This document shows, piece after piece, positions 14,027 through 26,664 of a stretch of 64,000 nucleotides of DNA; position 1 is the first letter of the stretch, and every line of letters begins with the position of its first letter. The DNA lies in assembly GCF_001194135.2 (NCBI RefSeq), contig NC_068990.1, positions 83,424,671 through 83,488,670 on the forward strand, in the 5' to 3' direction. The DNA is from Octopus bimaculoides. Lineage: Eukaryota. The position numbers and the translations under genes were made by a program. The notes beneath the pieces are model-generated. The model was not told the DNA's origin, made no database searches, and was given only the letters and a program-made list of their open reading frames with translations.

Positions 14027-14344
14027 ATACACATAATCACATGATGGACACTTGCATGGCTAGCGATGGAATTACGAGGTGCTAGGTTCAGTGCCAATGG
14101 GTAGTATTTGGAGCTTTGCACCCACAAGGTCTCAGGTTCAGCCCCATAATGCAGTACCTCAGGAAAATGTCACCCACTATAGTCCTGGGCTGACCAATGC
14201 TTGGTAGATAGAAAGTGTGAAAGCCTTCATGCATGTGCATGTGTGCATGTGTGTGTGTGTCTTTGTCCCTTCCCTAGTGCAGTTTGCTTACATTCCCATA
14301 ACTTAGGAGTTACACAAGAGCAAGGCAATAAGTAGCAGTAAACA

Positions 14345-14411
14345 CACCAGCAATGGTTGTGAAGCAAAGTTGAGGGGACAAACACAGACACACAAACGTA
14401 TACACACATAC

Positions 14412-14444
<33 letters not shown>

Positions 14445-14623
14445 CATATATATATACATACAATGGGTTTCTTTCAGTTTCCGTCTACCAAATCCACTCA
14501 CAAGGCTTTGGTCGGCCCGAGGCTATAGTAGAAGACACTTGCCCAAGGTGCCACGCAGTGGGACTGAACCCGGAACCATGTGGTTGGTAAGCAAGCTACT
14601 TACCCCACAGCCACTCCTACACC
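14345..14623 (-). mobile_element. SINE family C, 3'-truncated
   Basis: CTTTCAGTTTCCGTCTACCAAATCCACTCACAAGGCTTTGG..CAGCCACTCC. Confidence 0.85.
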
Positions 14624-14689
14624 ATTATTATATCAATAAATACAGTACATGTTGAAAGAAGAGCACACTAAAACAATAGCTCATACAAC

Positions 14690-14910
14690 CACCACATGGT
14701 AACATGACCGTCACATGGTTACCACATGGTCGTGCAACTGCTGCACGGTTGAGCAACTGCTGCACTGCCATGCAACTGCTGCATGTCCATGCAACGCTGG
14801 ATGGTCATGCAACTGCCACACAGTCACGCGACTGCCACATGACTACCTCATGGTTACACAACTACTACATGTCCAGTCACCACGTAGTTTCACAGCTACG
14901 ACATGGTTCA
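14690..14910. repeat. Degenerate ~19-bp minisatellite
   Basis: Consecutive units ACGGTTGAGCAACTGCTGC, ACTGCCATGCAACTGCTGC, ATGGTCATGCAACTGCCAC, ACAGTCACGCGACTGCCAC. Confidence 0.7.
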
Positions 14911-16098
14911 ACAACGACAAATATTTCAGCACCAGAACATAATGACACACATTTACTGCAACCCCATGATAAAGCACCACTACAAAACAGGGAAAGTGGT
15001 CGTCAGGAGAAGTGAGTGAGTCAGCTTAGCTTCAGAAGAGAGAGCGTGTGCAATTAGCATGTTCAGTGTAGCACAACGGGCAAATAGAGGCAAGTCATCC
15101 TTGAATCAATGGCTGCATTCACCAGTGAGATTGAATTATAAACAAGTTAAACCAACGAGGGAGTTTTCATTAACACTAATTAACAGTCTATAATGAGTCA
15201 CATTCATTTAGTTTCCTTCTTCAGTCTTTGGAATTCAAAGCCTATTGAGGTTTACTTTCACTTCCATTCTGTAGAAGTTCCAGATGAAAAGATATCCATT
15301 TATGTCCCAAAGGAGGTCATCAAAGGTCAGTATTGGTTCGGCAACTTCAAAGTAAGAAACAGATGAGAGATGAATTTCTCTTCAGGTAAGGCTAACTTCT
15401 TTCACAAGGAACACACCTGTCTGATATGATGGTACCTATTTACCTCTTTGTGGCTAGAAGCACTGAGGCAATGTAATAAAACCTAATACAACAATTTGAA
15501 CTCGGCTAAAGGCTAAGTAGATCAAAATATTATCTACTTGGCCAGCTTGCTACTATCTTGCAGAAATAAAGTAAATAAACTCTGGAACCAGTGTTATTGA
15601 CTGGAAAAACTGGTTTTGTGTTGGCCCAAGACATTGTGATTACTAAATCAGGTTAGAAGACATCGAAGATAGAACAGTACAGGGTATTCTGAACTGAAAT
15701 TTAATCGAAGTAAACTTTACCTTTCACCCAATCACAGTTCACTAAATAAGTATATCAGAAATATACAAGGTTTAACACACAAAAAGCTCAAATAGTTATG
15801 TAATACATAAAAAAAAATCAGTGTTTCGTTTATCGATGTGTTTGATTTGTGCAACTCCATTGGTAAATCAATTACACTAACAGCAGCTAAGAAAATATTT
15901 ATTAGTGTTTTGAATGACCTATCGTAAGACCAAAGCCTTGTGAGTAGACTTGGGAAAAACAAACTGAAAGAAGTCTGTTGCACGCACTATATATATATAT
16001 TATATATATATTAGGGACAAAATCCAAAATTACAGGTAAAAACTCAATTAAAATCAATTTATAAAAAATTAAAATTAAATTGAGCTTTATAGATAAAA

Positions 16099-16371
16099 TA
16101 TATATAAAATATATAGTTTTAGGGAAAATAATCAAGTTTCAAGAACTCATCGATGAAAATCCACTATCACATATAGAAAAATTAACAATTAAAAGCAGAA
16201 TAAATGAGTATAATATAAAGCAAAGTAAATATCATATTATATTTATCTTATGATATTTACTTTGCTTTATATTATACTCATTTATTGTGCTTTTAATTGT
16301 TAGTTTTTCTATATGTGATAGTGGATTTTCATCGATGAGTTCTTGAAACTTGGTTATTTTCCCTAAAACTA

Positions 16372-16386
<15 letters not shown>
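16099..16386. repeat. Long near-perfect inverted repeat (138-bp arms, 12-nt loop), foldback/MITE-like
   Basis: Arms 16099-16236 and 16249-16386 are reverse complements with about 3 mismatches, embedded in (TA)n. Confidence 0.92.
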
Positions 16387-16402
<16 letters not shown>

Positions 16403-16828
16403 ATTTAATAACAGTCACTGTTATTAAAAGATACGTTTAACTCCTACCAAGTGTGGGGAGTGCCTCATACTTCGGTTTGCCCAGTCACTCACTCATGTGC
16501 ATGTGTGTGAGGTGGGGAGCATGCGAGTGTTTGTGTGACCTTGAAAACTGATACACGATTGCTGTAAATGAATGCTATTTCTTTCCAATTTTCTGCGAAA
16601 AGCATATCCGGTCATGAGAAAAAAAATATTACCTTGCTTGGAAACAAGTGTGAGTAGTTGATGAAAAAGAAGGGCATTTGGCCATAAAAAAAATCTGCTT
16701 CAAAGACAACAACAACAACAACATAACGTGATGTGGTGATGCTCATACTGGACTTGTAAACATACAAGATTACAGTGTTCAACATAATGTAGAACCTTTC
16801 TTTTTTGACACGCTTAGCAGATCCAGAG

Positions 16829-17219
16829 CTGTGGTTCTCAACCAAAATCCTTATGACCCTGGAGGGACCATAAAAGATTTCGGGGGAATCCACACAAGCA
16901 AAACAGTAAATTGGTGGTCCACTGCAGTACTTTGGGCTTCAATGAAAAAACTTTTCCATCAAATGTATTTTTTGTAAGAGACACACAGGTTTTTTTTTGT
17001 TCTTGCATGTTTTACTTGGTTTAACAGGTTTCCAGCCACTGAATCATGTTCTATCAAAGAATGCTGCTGCAAACCTACACAATTGAATGGGTGCGAAAAC
17101 CAAAATAGGAATTTTGAAAGAAGCACCTATGAAACTAGCTTCTAATCATCAAGTGGTCCACTAGAATTAAATTGTAATCAAAGGGATTCACAGGTGAAAA
17201 AAATAATCGAGAAGCACTG
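16829..17219. mobile_element. hAT-type MITE
   Basis: Left CTGTGGTTCTCAA, right TCGAGAAGCACTG. Related left ends at about 24439 and a right end at about 9550. Confidence 0.65.
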
Positions 17220-17263
17220 ATTTTGAGGAAAGGAAGAGCAGTACATGCATACATACGTATGTA

Positions 17264-17423
17264 GGCGTAGGAGTGGCTGTGTAGTAAGTAGCTTGCTTAC
17301 GAACAACATGGTTCGGGGTTCAGTCCCACTGCGTGGTACCTTGGGCAAGTGTTTTCTACTATAGCCTCGGGCCGACTAAAGCCTTGTGAGTGAATTTGGT
17401 AGACGGAAACTGAAAGAAGCCCG

Positions 17424-17507
<84 letters not shown>

Positions 17508-17713
17508 ATATGTTTGTGTATCTGTGTTTGTCACCCCAACATCGCTTGACAACCGATGCAGGTGTGTTAACGTCCACGTAACTTAGCGGTTCGGCAAAAG
17601 AGAATGATAGAATAAGTATTAGGCTTACAAAGAATAAGTCCTGGGGTCGATTTGCTCGACTAAAGGTGGTGCTCCAGCATGGCCACAGTCAAATGACTGA
17701 AACGAGTAAAGAG
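17264..17713 (+). mobile_element. SINE family C (bipartite, internal (TA)n/(TG)n), full length
   Basis: Head GGAGTGGCTGTG..GGTTCAGTCCC, CCTTGGGCAAGTG core, internal microsatellite, and 3' module ending GGTGCTCCAGCATGGCC.CAGTCAAATGACTGAAAC. Confidence 0.9.
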
Positions 17714-18815
17714 TATACATATATATATATATATATATATACACAGACATGCATATATACATACACACATGCATATATGACTATGTAAGGCACTTGACCA
17801 ACTGGGTAGCATGTTGGATTCACACTCAAAAGCTGTCAGTTCAATTCCTTGATCAGGTGATACATTGTGTCCTTGAGCAAGGTACATTATTTCGTGCTGC
17901 TCCAGCTGAGTGTTGGTACAGTCCTCACATCCTTCAGGGGTCACATGCTGGATGGTAGCAGCTCCTTAATAGACACACAGACAGAATAAGCACAACACTT
18001 AAAAGTTAAGTACTACAGTTAATCCAATGACTGTAACACATTCGAAAGAGAGAGCTAGAAAGAGAAAGAGTGTGTGTGTCTGTGTGTCACCTAGGTGAAA
18101 TGGAGCAACAAGAAATGAAAGATTTTACTCAAGACCACATTAAAATATGCTGCCCAGTCTTGGAGTTGAAACCATGATCACATGGCTGGGATTCCAACAC
18201 ACAACCCACAAGGCCAAACACACATTGTCACACAGCCCACAGCATTTAAGACTAGACCCCTCCCCCACACAGGACATACTAAATGTAGCATTTTACTGTA
18301 AAATCTTATTTATGTATATGTTGCAGTATGTATGTGTATATGTAAGCAAATATGTGTGTGTGTGTGTGTGTGATTATATCGTGTACATGTGTGAATGTCC
18401 ATATGGAGGAATGTAAGTGAGAAAGAGAAGGGAAGAGAGAAATAGAAACAGTGATTGTGTGTGTGTGTGTGTGTGTGTGTGATTAAACATCTCAGTGTAT
18501 ATAAATAAATCTATGCTAATGAATATGACCTTTAGTTGACAGCACGGCCAGTCATCCTTGTTGTAAATGAGTAAATTGGCAGGAGTGATTGACATATGAA
18601 GCTGTCATGCAAGAGAGATGTCACATACATGGTAGAGAAACCTTTGTGAAAAAAGGACAAAGATGAGAGAGAAAGAGGGCGGGGGGGAGGAAGAGGCTGG
18701 TTACTTGGGTTCAAATGGTGGATTCTCTGCACACAAACACACACACACATATAAAACACCAAATACATGTGTGTCAGCAAGGAAGGAGGACATTAAATGA
18801 TGATGATGATATATG

Positions 18816-18911
<96 letters not shown>

Positions 18912-18920
18912 TATATATAG

Positions 18921-19246
18921 TCTGGCTGAGTGGTTAGAGTGTCAGGCTCACAATCATGAGGTAGTGAGTTCAATTCCCAGACTGGGTTATGTGTTGTGTT
19001 CTTGTGCAAGACACTTTATTTCACATTGCTTCAGTTCAGCCATCTGTAGAAATGAGTCACAACATCACTGGTGCCAAACTGTATCAGCTTTTGCTTTTCC
19101 CTTGGGTAACATCCCTGGCATGGAGAGGCAAGGCTAGAATGCATGAGTGACTGCTAGTCTTCCATAAACAACCTTGCCCAGACTTGTGCGTCAGAGGGGA
19201 ACTTTCTAGGTACAATCCCATGGGCATTCATGACCGAAGGGACTCT
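18921..19246 (+). mobile_element. tRNA-derived CORE-like SINE family F
   Basis: TGGCTGAGTGGTTAG head, GAGTTCAATTCC, CTTG.GCAAGACACTTTATTTCAC core, 3' CTAGGT.CAATCCCATGG.CATTCATGACCGAAGG. Confidence 0.8.
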
Positions 19247-19717
19247 TTATACTTTTTACCCAATTCATTACTTGAAATACCAAAATTAAAAAATTATTTT
19301 TCATGCAAGAGAAGCACTGGATGTCAAAATTTTCTGAAAGCAATTGGGAAAGTTAGAAACAGAAATATTAAAGGAGGAGTTTTTGAAGGTAAGAATAAAA
19401 TGAAAGTGTAAATGGTGAAACTGATGTGGTTGATAATATGAAGGGAAACTGTAATGGGCAGGTTTGTTTTGTCAAGAAACAAAACATCTTCAAAGTGTAA
19501 CTGTTACATGTCATATAAAGCTGAACAACCACAAAACTTATATTCATCTATAAGTTATCATGTGCAAGTTGTGTTCGTTGTTATCATCATCATCACTTTA
19601 ATGTGCACTTTTTCATGTTTGCATGGTCAGACAGAATTTGTTGAGGCAGATATTCTGCAGCCTGTTGCCCACCCTGTTGCCAAACCTTACCTGTTTTCAA
19701 GCAAGATAATATTTCTC

Positions 19718-20010
19718 CATATCATCATCATCATCATCATCATCGTTTAACGTCTGCTTTCCATGCTAGCATGGGTTGGATGATTTGACTGAGGACTGGT
19801 GGACCAGGTGGCTACACCAGGCTCCAATCTGATTTGCCAGAGTTTCTACAGCTGGATGCCCTTCCTAACACCAACCACTCCGAGAGTGTAGTGGGTGCTT
19901 TTACATGCCACCAGCACGAAGGCCAGTCAGGCGGTACCGGCAACAGACACGCTCAAAATGGCGTATTTTACATGCCACCTGCACAGGAGCCAGTCCAGCG
20001 GCACTGGCAA
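19718..20010 (-). mobile_element. Family D retroposon
   Basis: (CAT)n-CGTTTAACGTCTGCTTTCCATGCTAGCATGGGTTGG... near consensus. Confidence 0.88.
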
Positions 20011-21080
20011 CAATCTGGACATATTTTCATAGAAGATTGGAAATGGATGACAGCACTTGCATGATGGTGACACTTGTTTATGGAGATACAAACAAACACA
20101 CACACACACACACAATAGGCTTTCCATTTCCATCTACCAAATACATTTACAAGGCTTTGGTGGGCCCAGGACCTCATTAAAAAACTAATCCATGGTATAT
20201 CACACAGTGGAATTTAACCTGAAATATGTAGCTGAGAAGCAAACCTCTTAATCACAGAGCCATGCTAGTACCTATACTATGAAATGCAAATGACTAATAC
20301 GCTTAGACTTGGGTCCCATACAAAAGCCATCTTATTTCATACACCTGATAATGAAGAGTAATCCTGTGGCTGAAGAGGAAATTTGAACACATCTACACCT
20401 GTTAATTAACAACAGTCCTGTTGCTATAAAGGGTGAGATTTGAAGTTTAGACTTCATCAAATCAACATCCAAGGATGGCTAACAGAATTCAGGCGTTTCT
20501 CATTTCAGTCAGCTGACATCATTTACATAATTAGTCAGGATTGATTAACTTCTAAAAAACTACAAGCAATGAATATAACTCCAGTAAGATTTGCTCATCA
20601 AAATTTTTGAACCATACAAAAAGATGAGAGAGCATTATTAGTGCTGATACCACAATCGGTAGAAGTGGTTCAACGGACACAGAATGAACAAGTTTGCAGT
20701 AGTACAGCATATATCAACTCAGGTATTTGATTCAATGTCTTGAAATAATCTCTTCACTAATCTTCCTTTCTCAATGGTACCATCCACTAACAGCACTTGC
20801 CTACATCAATTGATCAAGTCACTGAGGGTGTCTCTATATGGTGGTTTGACCTGCTAGAAACAGCAGCAGCAATCTCTTTCATATCATTGCTGACCATCTT
20901 AGAAATAGGGAAAAAGCAAGTATTAGACAATGTGGTCCTCGACGTACTGTAAGTGCTGAAATAAAGAAGAGGTGATCTTGGCTGCAACATCTTTGGCCAT
21001 AAATCTACTGAATGAAGGTTGAAAGACAGACAAACAAAAGCACTGGCAGCTGGGAGAGAGGAAAACTAGTGTCAGGATGT

Positions 21081-21291
21081 TTAACCCTTTTGATACCAAT
21101 TTGCCTGCGACTGTCGCTGGTTCTATATTAGAAGCTTCCTGTTATAAAGTGATCTAATCTAAAATCTTCCATTAAAATTTCATGTTAATTTATGTTCCCA
21201 GTACCAGCTTTGTCATGTCAAAGTCGTTTTATGAAATTAATTGGAACAAAGGCAGTGTATTTCAACAGAAATATGCTAACAAAAGGGTTAA
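21081..21291. mobile_element. piggyBac-type MITE (TTAA-flanked)
   Basis: TTAA-CCCTTTTGATACCA ... TGCTAACAAAAGGG-TTAA: imperfect TIRs with TTAA on both sides. Confidence 0.75.
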
Positions 21292-21915
21292 AATGTAAAA
21301 AAAAAAAAAAAGATAAAGAAAAGGAAATGGAAATGTAAGAGAGGTAACTCCAACTAGATCAGATGATTGAAACTTTTGGATAATTCAAACAATACAGATT
21401 AAAGTGAATTAGCGGTGACAATGGCTATAGTTAATAGGAGAATGCTAGTACCAGCATCAGCAGTAATAATTAAAGAAATCATGTCAGTGTAGGAGGTGGG
21501 GTATAAAGAAGAAAGGTTAGCATCTTAAGAAGAGAAAATACCACACCATTAAAAGCCTACTCAACTCAGGATTCTTTGAAAACTAAAGTGTCCTTACAAA
21601 GTAGGGTTAGATTACAATGTACATGAAAGCAACACTTGACCTTGTATTAACTAAAAACTATCAAACACAAGCATGGCTTTGTGGTTAATGAGTTCACTTT
21701 GTAACCTTGTCTTTCCTTCTGGGTTTGGTCCTTCTTGTACAAGACTTTGATCCTTGAGCCAACTAAAATCTTGAGAGTGAAATTTGATGGATGTAAACTT
21801 TGTGGAAGGAAGCCTGTCGTGTGTGTGTGTGTGTGTGTGTTTGTATTGCTGTGGGACTAAAAAACTGGTATGGGTAATGAAAATACCTCATGACATGTTC
21901 CTCGCCCCTTTCCAC

Positions 21916-22199
21916 CAGGGCTGTGGAGTCGGAGTCATGGAGTCGGAAACAATTAAGGGGTTGCTGGAGTTGGAGTCGGTAAAACTATACCGACTCTGAT
22001 TCTGACTCACAATATCTATATTCTTTATATAACATACAGGCCTACTCAAAGTACAAGCATATGCATAGGCTTTATGAGATATGTAGACCATAATCACTTA
22101 ATTACATAAAGAGGAGTTGGAGTCAGAGTCGGAATTGGTGTTGGAAGTGCCAATAGTACAGGAGTCGGAGTCAAAGTTTCTTTCAACTCCACAGCCCTG
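21916..22199. mobile_element. hAT-type MITE with GGAGTC subterminal repeats
   Basis: TIRs CAGGGCTGTGGAGT / ACTCCACAGCCCTG. Flanks CTTTCCAC and CTTTATAC match at 6/8, consistent with an 8-bp TSD. Confidence 0.8.
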
Positions 22200-22247
22200 C
22201 TTTATACCTAAGTCAATGTAGCTCCTCTCTATTTCTCTAACGTAGAC

Positions 22248-22458
22248 ACAGGCATGGCTGTGTGGTTAAGAAACTTGTTTTGCAACCATGGGGTTTCAGG
22301 TTCAATTGCATTGCACAATATCTTAAGCAAATGTCTTCTACAAAAGCTCTAGGCCAATGGATGCCTTATGAGTGAATTTGATACACAAAACCAGTGTGAA
22401 CTCCCATCAGATGTGTGTTTGTGCGCACACATGTACACGTGTGGATGTGTATGTGAGC

Positions 22459-22504
<46 letters not shown>

Positions 22505-22720
22505 ACATCTTTGAGTGTGTGATTGTCTTCCTACCATCACTTGACAACCATTGCTGGTTTGTTTACATCCCCATAACTTAGCGACATGGTGAAAGGTGCC
22601 GACCATAAGTACCAGACTTGGAAAAAAATAGATCTTGGGGGGGATGGGGTCAATGTGTTCGACCAAACCATTCAAGGCAGTGGTCCCAGCGTCGCTGTAG
22701 TCTAATAAGCAGAACAAATA
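22248..22720 (+). mobile_element. SINE family C, old diverged copy
   Basis: GCATGGCTGTGTGGTTAAG head, (TG)n spacer and degenerate 3' module. Confidence 0.65.
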
Positions 22721-23014
22721 CAAGATACGAACTGGAATCATCCTAGAAAATAACTGTTGGATATCACATATCCCACTCATCATTATTCATATGTATGACT
22801 CTCATTTGGTAGAGGCGGCTGCTGAGTGAGCAGATATATGTGATCAGTAGCCCTTCATAGCCATGTTGAGGGCATTACTACATCTCTAGCGCTACGGTGA
22901 ATAACAGGTTGGATAATTTGAAATGCAAGATATTCTGTGTTTTTAATAAACATAAAATTTTAGAGTTACTGTGTAAAGTACGCAAAGCGGTTACACCACA
23001 AATTTTTATCTCTC

Positions 23015-23642
23015 TCTCTTTTACTTGTTTCAGTCATTTGACTGCGGCCATGCTGGAGCACCGCCTTTTAGTCGAGAAAATCGACCCCAGGACTTATTCT
23101 TTGTAAGCCTAGTACTTATTCTATCGGTCTCTTTTTGCTGAACCACTAAGTTACGGGGACGTAAACACACCAGCATCGGTTGTCAAGCGATGGTGGGGGG
23201 ACAAACACAGACACACAAACACACATACACATATATATATATATATAATACAAATGATATAAGAGCATATGCATGTATGCATACATATATGTACATACCT
23301 ACATCTACATGTATATATAGATGCATATCCGGGTAGAGGACATCAGAAAAAATGAACGGGAACATAAAAAGCAAAACGGACTTTGTTTACAGACAACAGA
23401 ACGAACACATAGGAAAACAGACGGGCCACTTATGGAATTATTCCTTCATCAGCTGCTTCTATTCTAAACTAGGCGTTTCAAGGGCTTCTTTCAGTTTCCG
23501 TCTACCAAAACCACTCATAAGGCTTTGGTCGGCCTGAGGCTATAGGAGAAGACACTTGCCCAAGGTGCCACGCAGTGGGACTGAACCCGGAACCATGTGG
23601 TTGGTAGGCAAGCTACTTACCACACAGCCACTCCTGCACCTA
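23015..23642 (-). mobile_element. SINE family C interrupted by ~230-bp unrelated insert
   Basis: 3' module at 23015-23245, 5' module at 23482-23642, foreign sequence between them. Confidence 0.85.
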
Positions 23643-23644
23643 TG

Positions 23645-23684
<40 letters not shown>

Positions 23685-24642
23685 ACACAGAGAGAGAAAG
23701 ACAGAAACCTGACAAGTTTCTAGTCTAGTTAGGTATTCATCAAATACTTTTCTTCTGTCCAGAGCGAGGTAATGGAGCTATTGCTATATATAGTATATTC
23801 AAACTAGGATACAGTTAAAGAGGTCGGGTCTAATTTGTATAACAGTGCACATGCTTATAATCCGGATTAATTCATTCACTACAGAGCACTATTTAGACCA
23901 TTCAAATTAATACATTGGTTGTTTAGAACAAATTCCAGACAACTTATGAAGTTAGAGGCAGAGGAGGAATGGGGTGGCCTGGAATACACATGTATACACA
24001 CTCGTAAACACAAACAAACCTTGTGAGATGAATTGGCAGCGATGTTCAGCAGAACATCACACACACATACACACAGTCATCCATCCACTCATGTAAACAC
24101 ATAAACAAACACAAGGAGCATCACACATGAGCATTCAAACAATAAAGCATTTGTTGTGCTCTAAATAAAGTATTGGGCCAAGCTGGAAGGAAGGAAGGAA
24201 GGAAGAGATGGGGGGGGTGAATGTAAAGATATAAAGGAGAGTGACAAAAACGGGTGAGAGGCTGAAGAGAGAGAGAGAGAGAGGAGAATAGGAGATATAT
24301 GTAGCTACAAGGAGAATAATTAAGCGACCACTAACTCCAAAGTTTTTCAACAGTGAATCCATACATGGTTACTCAACCTGCTTCAAATAGCAACCAAATT
24401 TCCTTCAAACAACACTGTACCATTTTAACCCTTAAGCACAGTAGTTCTCAACCAGGGTCCATATGGCCCCTTGGTGGTGGTGGTGGGGGGTCCATTTTAT
24501 GATTCCAGGTGGTGGGAGATCTATGCAACAAAATAGTAAATTGGGGGTCCACGACAGTATTTTAAGGGCCTCAGAAAAAATTGCACTTTAGATGTATATA
24601 CTGGTATGTATTGCAAGAAACAGCTTCGTTTCTTTCTCTAAC

Positions 24643-24925
24643 ATCATCATCATCATCATCGTTTAACGTCTGCCTTCCATGCTAGCATGGGTTGGACGAT
24701 TTAACTGAGGACTGGTGAACCAGGTGGCTACACCAGGTTCCAATCTGATTTGGCAGAGTTTCTTCAGCCGGATGCCCTTCCTGATGCCAACCACTCCGAG
24801 AGTGCAGTGGGTGCTTTTACGTGCCACTGGCAGGAAGGCCAGTCAGGTGGTACTGGCAACGGCCACGCTCGAAATGGTGTATTTTACGTGCCACTTGCAC
24901 AGGAGCCAGTCCAATGGCACTAGCA
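24643..24925 (-). mobile_element. Family D retroposon running into gap
   Basis: Same motif series as 19718. Confidence 0.88.
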
Positions 24926-25663
24926 NNNNNNNNNNNNNNNNNNNNNNNNNNNNNNNNNNNNNNNNNNNNNNNNNNNNNNNNNNNNNNNNNNNNNNNNNNN
25001 NNNNNNNNNNNNNNNNNNNNNNNNNNNNNNNNNNNNNNNNNNNNNNNNNNNNNNNNNNNNNNNNNNNNNNNNNNNNNNNNNNNNNNNNNNNNNNNNNNNN
25101 NNNNNNNNNNNNNNNNNNNNNNNNNNNNNNNNNNNNNNNNNNNNNNNNNNNNNNNNNNNNNNNNNNNNNNNNNNNNNNNNNNNNNNNNNNNNNNNNNNNN
25201 NNNNNNNNNNNNNNNNNNNNNNNNNNNNNNNNNNNNNNNNNNNNNNNNNNNNNNNNNNNNNNNNNNNNNNNNNNNNNNNNNNNNNNNNNNNNNNNNNNNN
25301 NNNNNNNNNNNNNNNNNNNNNNNNNNNNNNNNNNNNNNNNNNNNNNNNNNNNNNNNNNNNNNNNNNNNNNNNNNNNNNNNNNNNNNNNNNNNNNNNNNNN
25401 NNNNNNNNNNNNNNNNNNNNNNNNNNNNNNNNNNNNNNNNNNNNNNNNNNNNNNNNNNNNNNNNNNNNNNNNNNNNNNNNNNNNNNNNNNNNNNNNNNNN
25501 NNNNNNNNNNNNNNNNNNNNNNNNNNNNNNNNNNNNNNNNNNNNNNNNNNNNNNNNNNNNNNNNNNNNNNNNNNNNNNNNNNNNNNNNNNNNNNNNNNNN
25601 NNNNNNNNNNNNNNNNNNNNTGGAATTTACACAGCAACCGGGAATTAATGAGCCACTGAGGCC

Positions 25664-26010
25664 CTCTATGTCGGAGACCCCCCCTCGGTCACAAATGACC
25701 ATGGGATTGCACCTAGAAAGTTACCTTCCAAGGCACAAGTCTGGGCAAGGTTGTTTATGGGAATACCAGCAGTCGCCCATGCATACCAGCCTCCCCTCTC
25801 CACGCCACCTGTATTATCCAAGGGAAGGGCAAAGGCCGATACAGATTGGCAACCAGTGATGTCGCAACTCATTTCTACAGCTGAGCGAACTGGAGCAATG
25901 TGAAATAAAGTGTCTTGCTCAAGAAGACAACACGCAACCAGGTCCGGGATTCGAACTCACAACCTCATGATCGTAAGATCGACGCTCTAATCACTGAGCC
26001 ATGCACCCTC
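25664..26010 (-). mobile_element. SINE family F
   Basis: Reverse complement of the 18921 element. Confidence 0.85.
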
Positions 26011-26139
26011 TATGTAGTCACTGCTTAAAATAGCAGCTAAAAGTACCCCAAATCAAAATCCTAACAGTTGGTTCTGAAAAGGAATGATTGACTGGTTAAT
26101 CCAAAAAGAATGACAAACGGATAATCCTGGTTATAATTT

Positions 26140-26515
26140 TATCTTTCTACTTGTTTCAGTTATTTTCCTGGTGAAGGGTGGTCATGCTTGGGCACCACCG
26201 TTAAGATTTTTTTAGTCAGATGCCAGTACTTCTTCGTCTAAGCCTGGTCCTCATTCTGTCGATTTCTTTTACTGAACCACTAAGTTACAGGGATGTAAAG
26301 AAATCAACACCGATTGTCAAATGATGGATGGGGACAAACAGACAGACACAAACACACATATATGATGGGCTTTTTTCAGTTTCGAAATACACTCATGATT
26401 TGGTCAGCCTGAGGCTATAGTAGAAAATACTTGCCCAATGTTCCACATAGCGGAACTGAACCCAGACCCATAAGGTTTCAAAGCAAACTTCTTACTACAC
26501 AACCACACCTGCATG
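26140..26515 (-). mobile_element. SINE family C, old diverged copy
   Basis: Both modules are recognisable, with many CpG>TpG changes. Confidence 0.7.
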
Positions 26516-26664
26516 TATGTCTAAAATAAATGTACAAGATGGTCAAGGCCAGGACATTGGTTAAACAATGGAAAAACAACAATACAAACCATAGGTCTTC
26601 TTAGTCAGAGATGACCTTTGTTGAATAATACCAACCAGCACACCACAATCTGCATCAAAAACTC

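Noticed and set aside
15275-15351. Plus-strand 77-nt exon-like segment (TGTAG|..VPDEKISIYVPKEVIKGQYWFGNFK..|GTAAGA) and AG|GTAAG at about 15385
   Set aside because: The acceptor derives from a SINE-E remnant, the peptide is unrecognised, and no other plus-strand exons support a gene.
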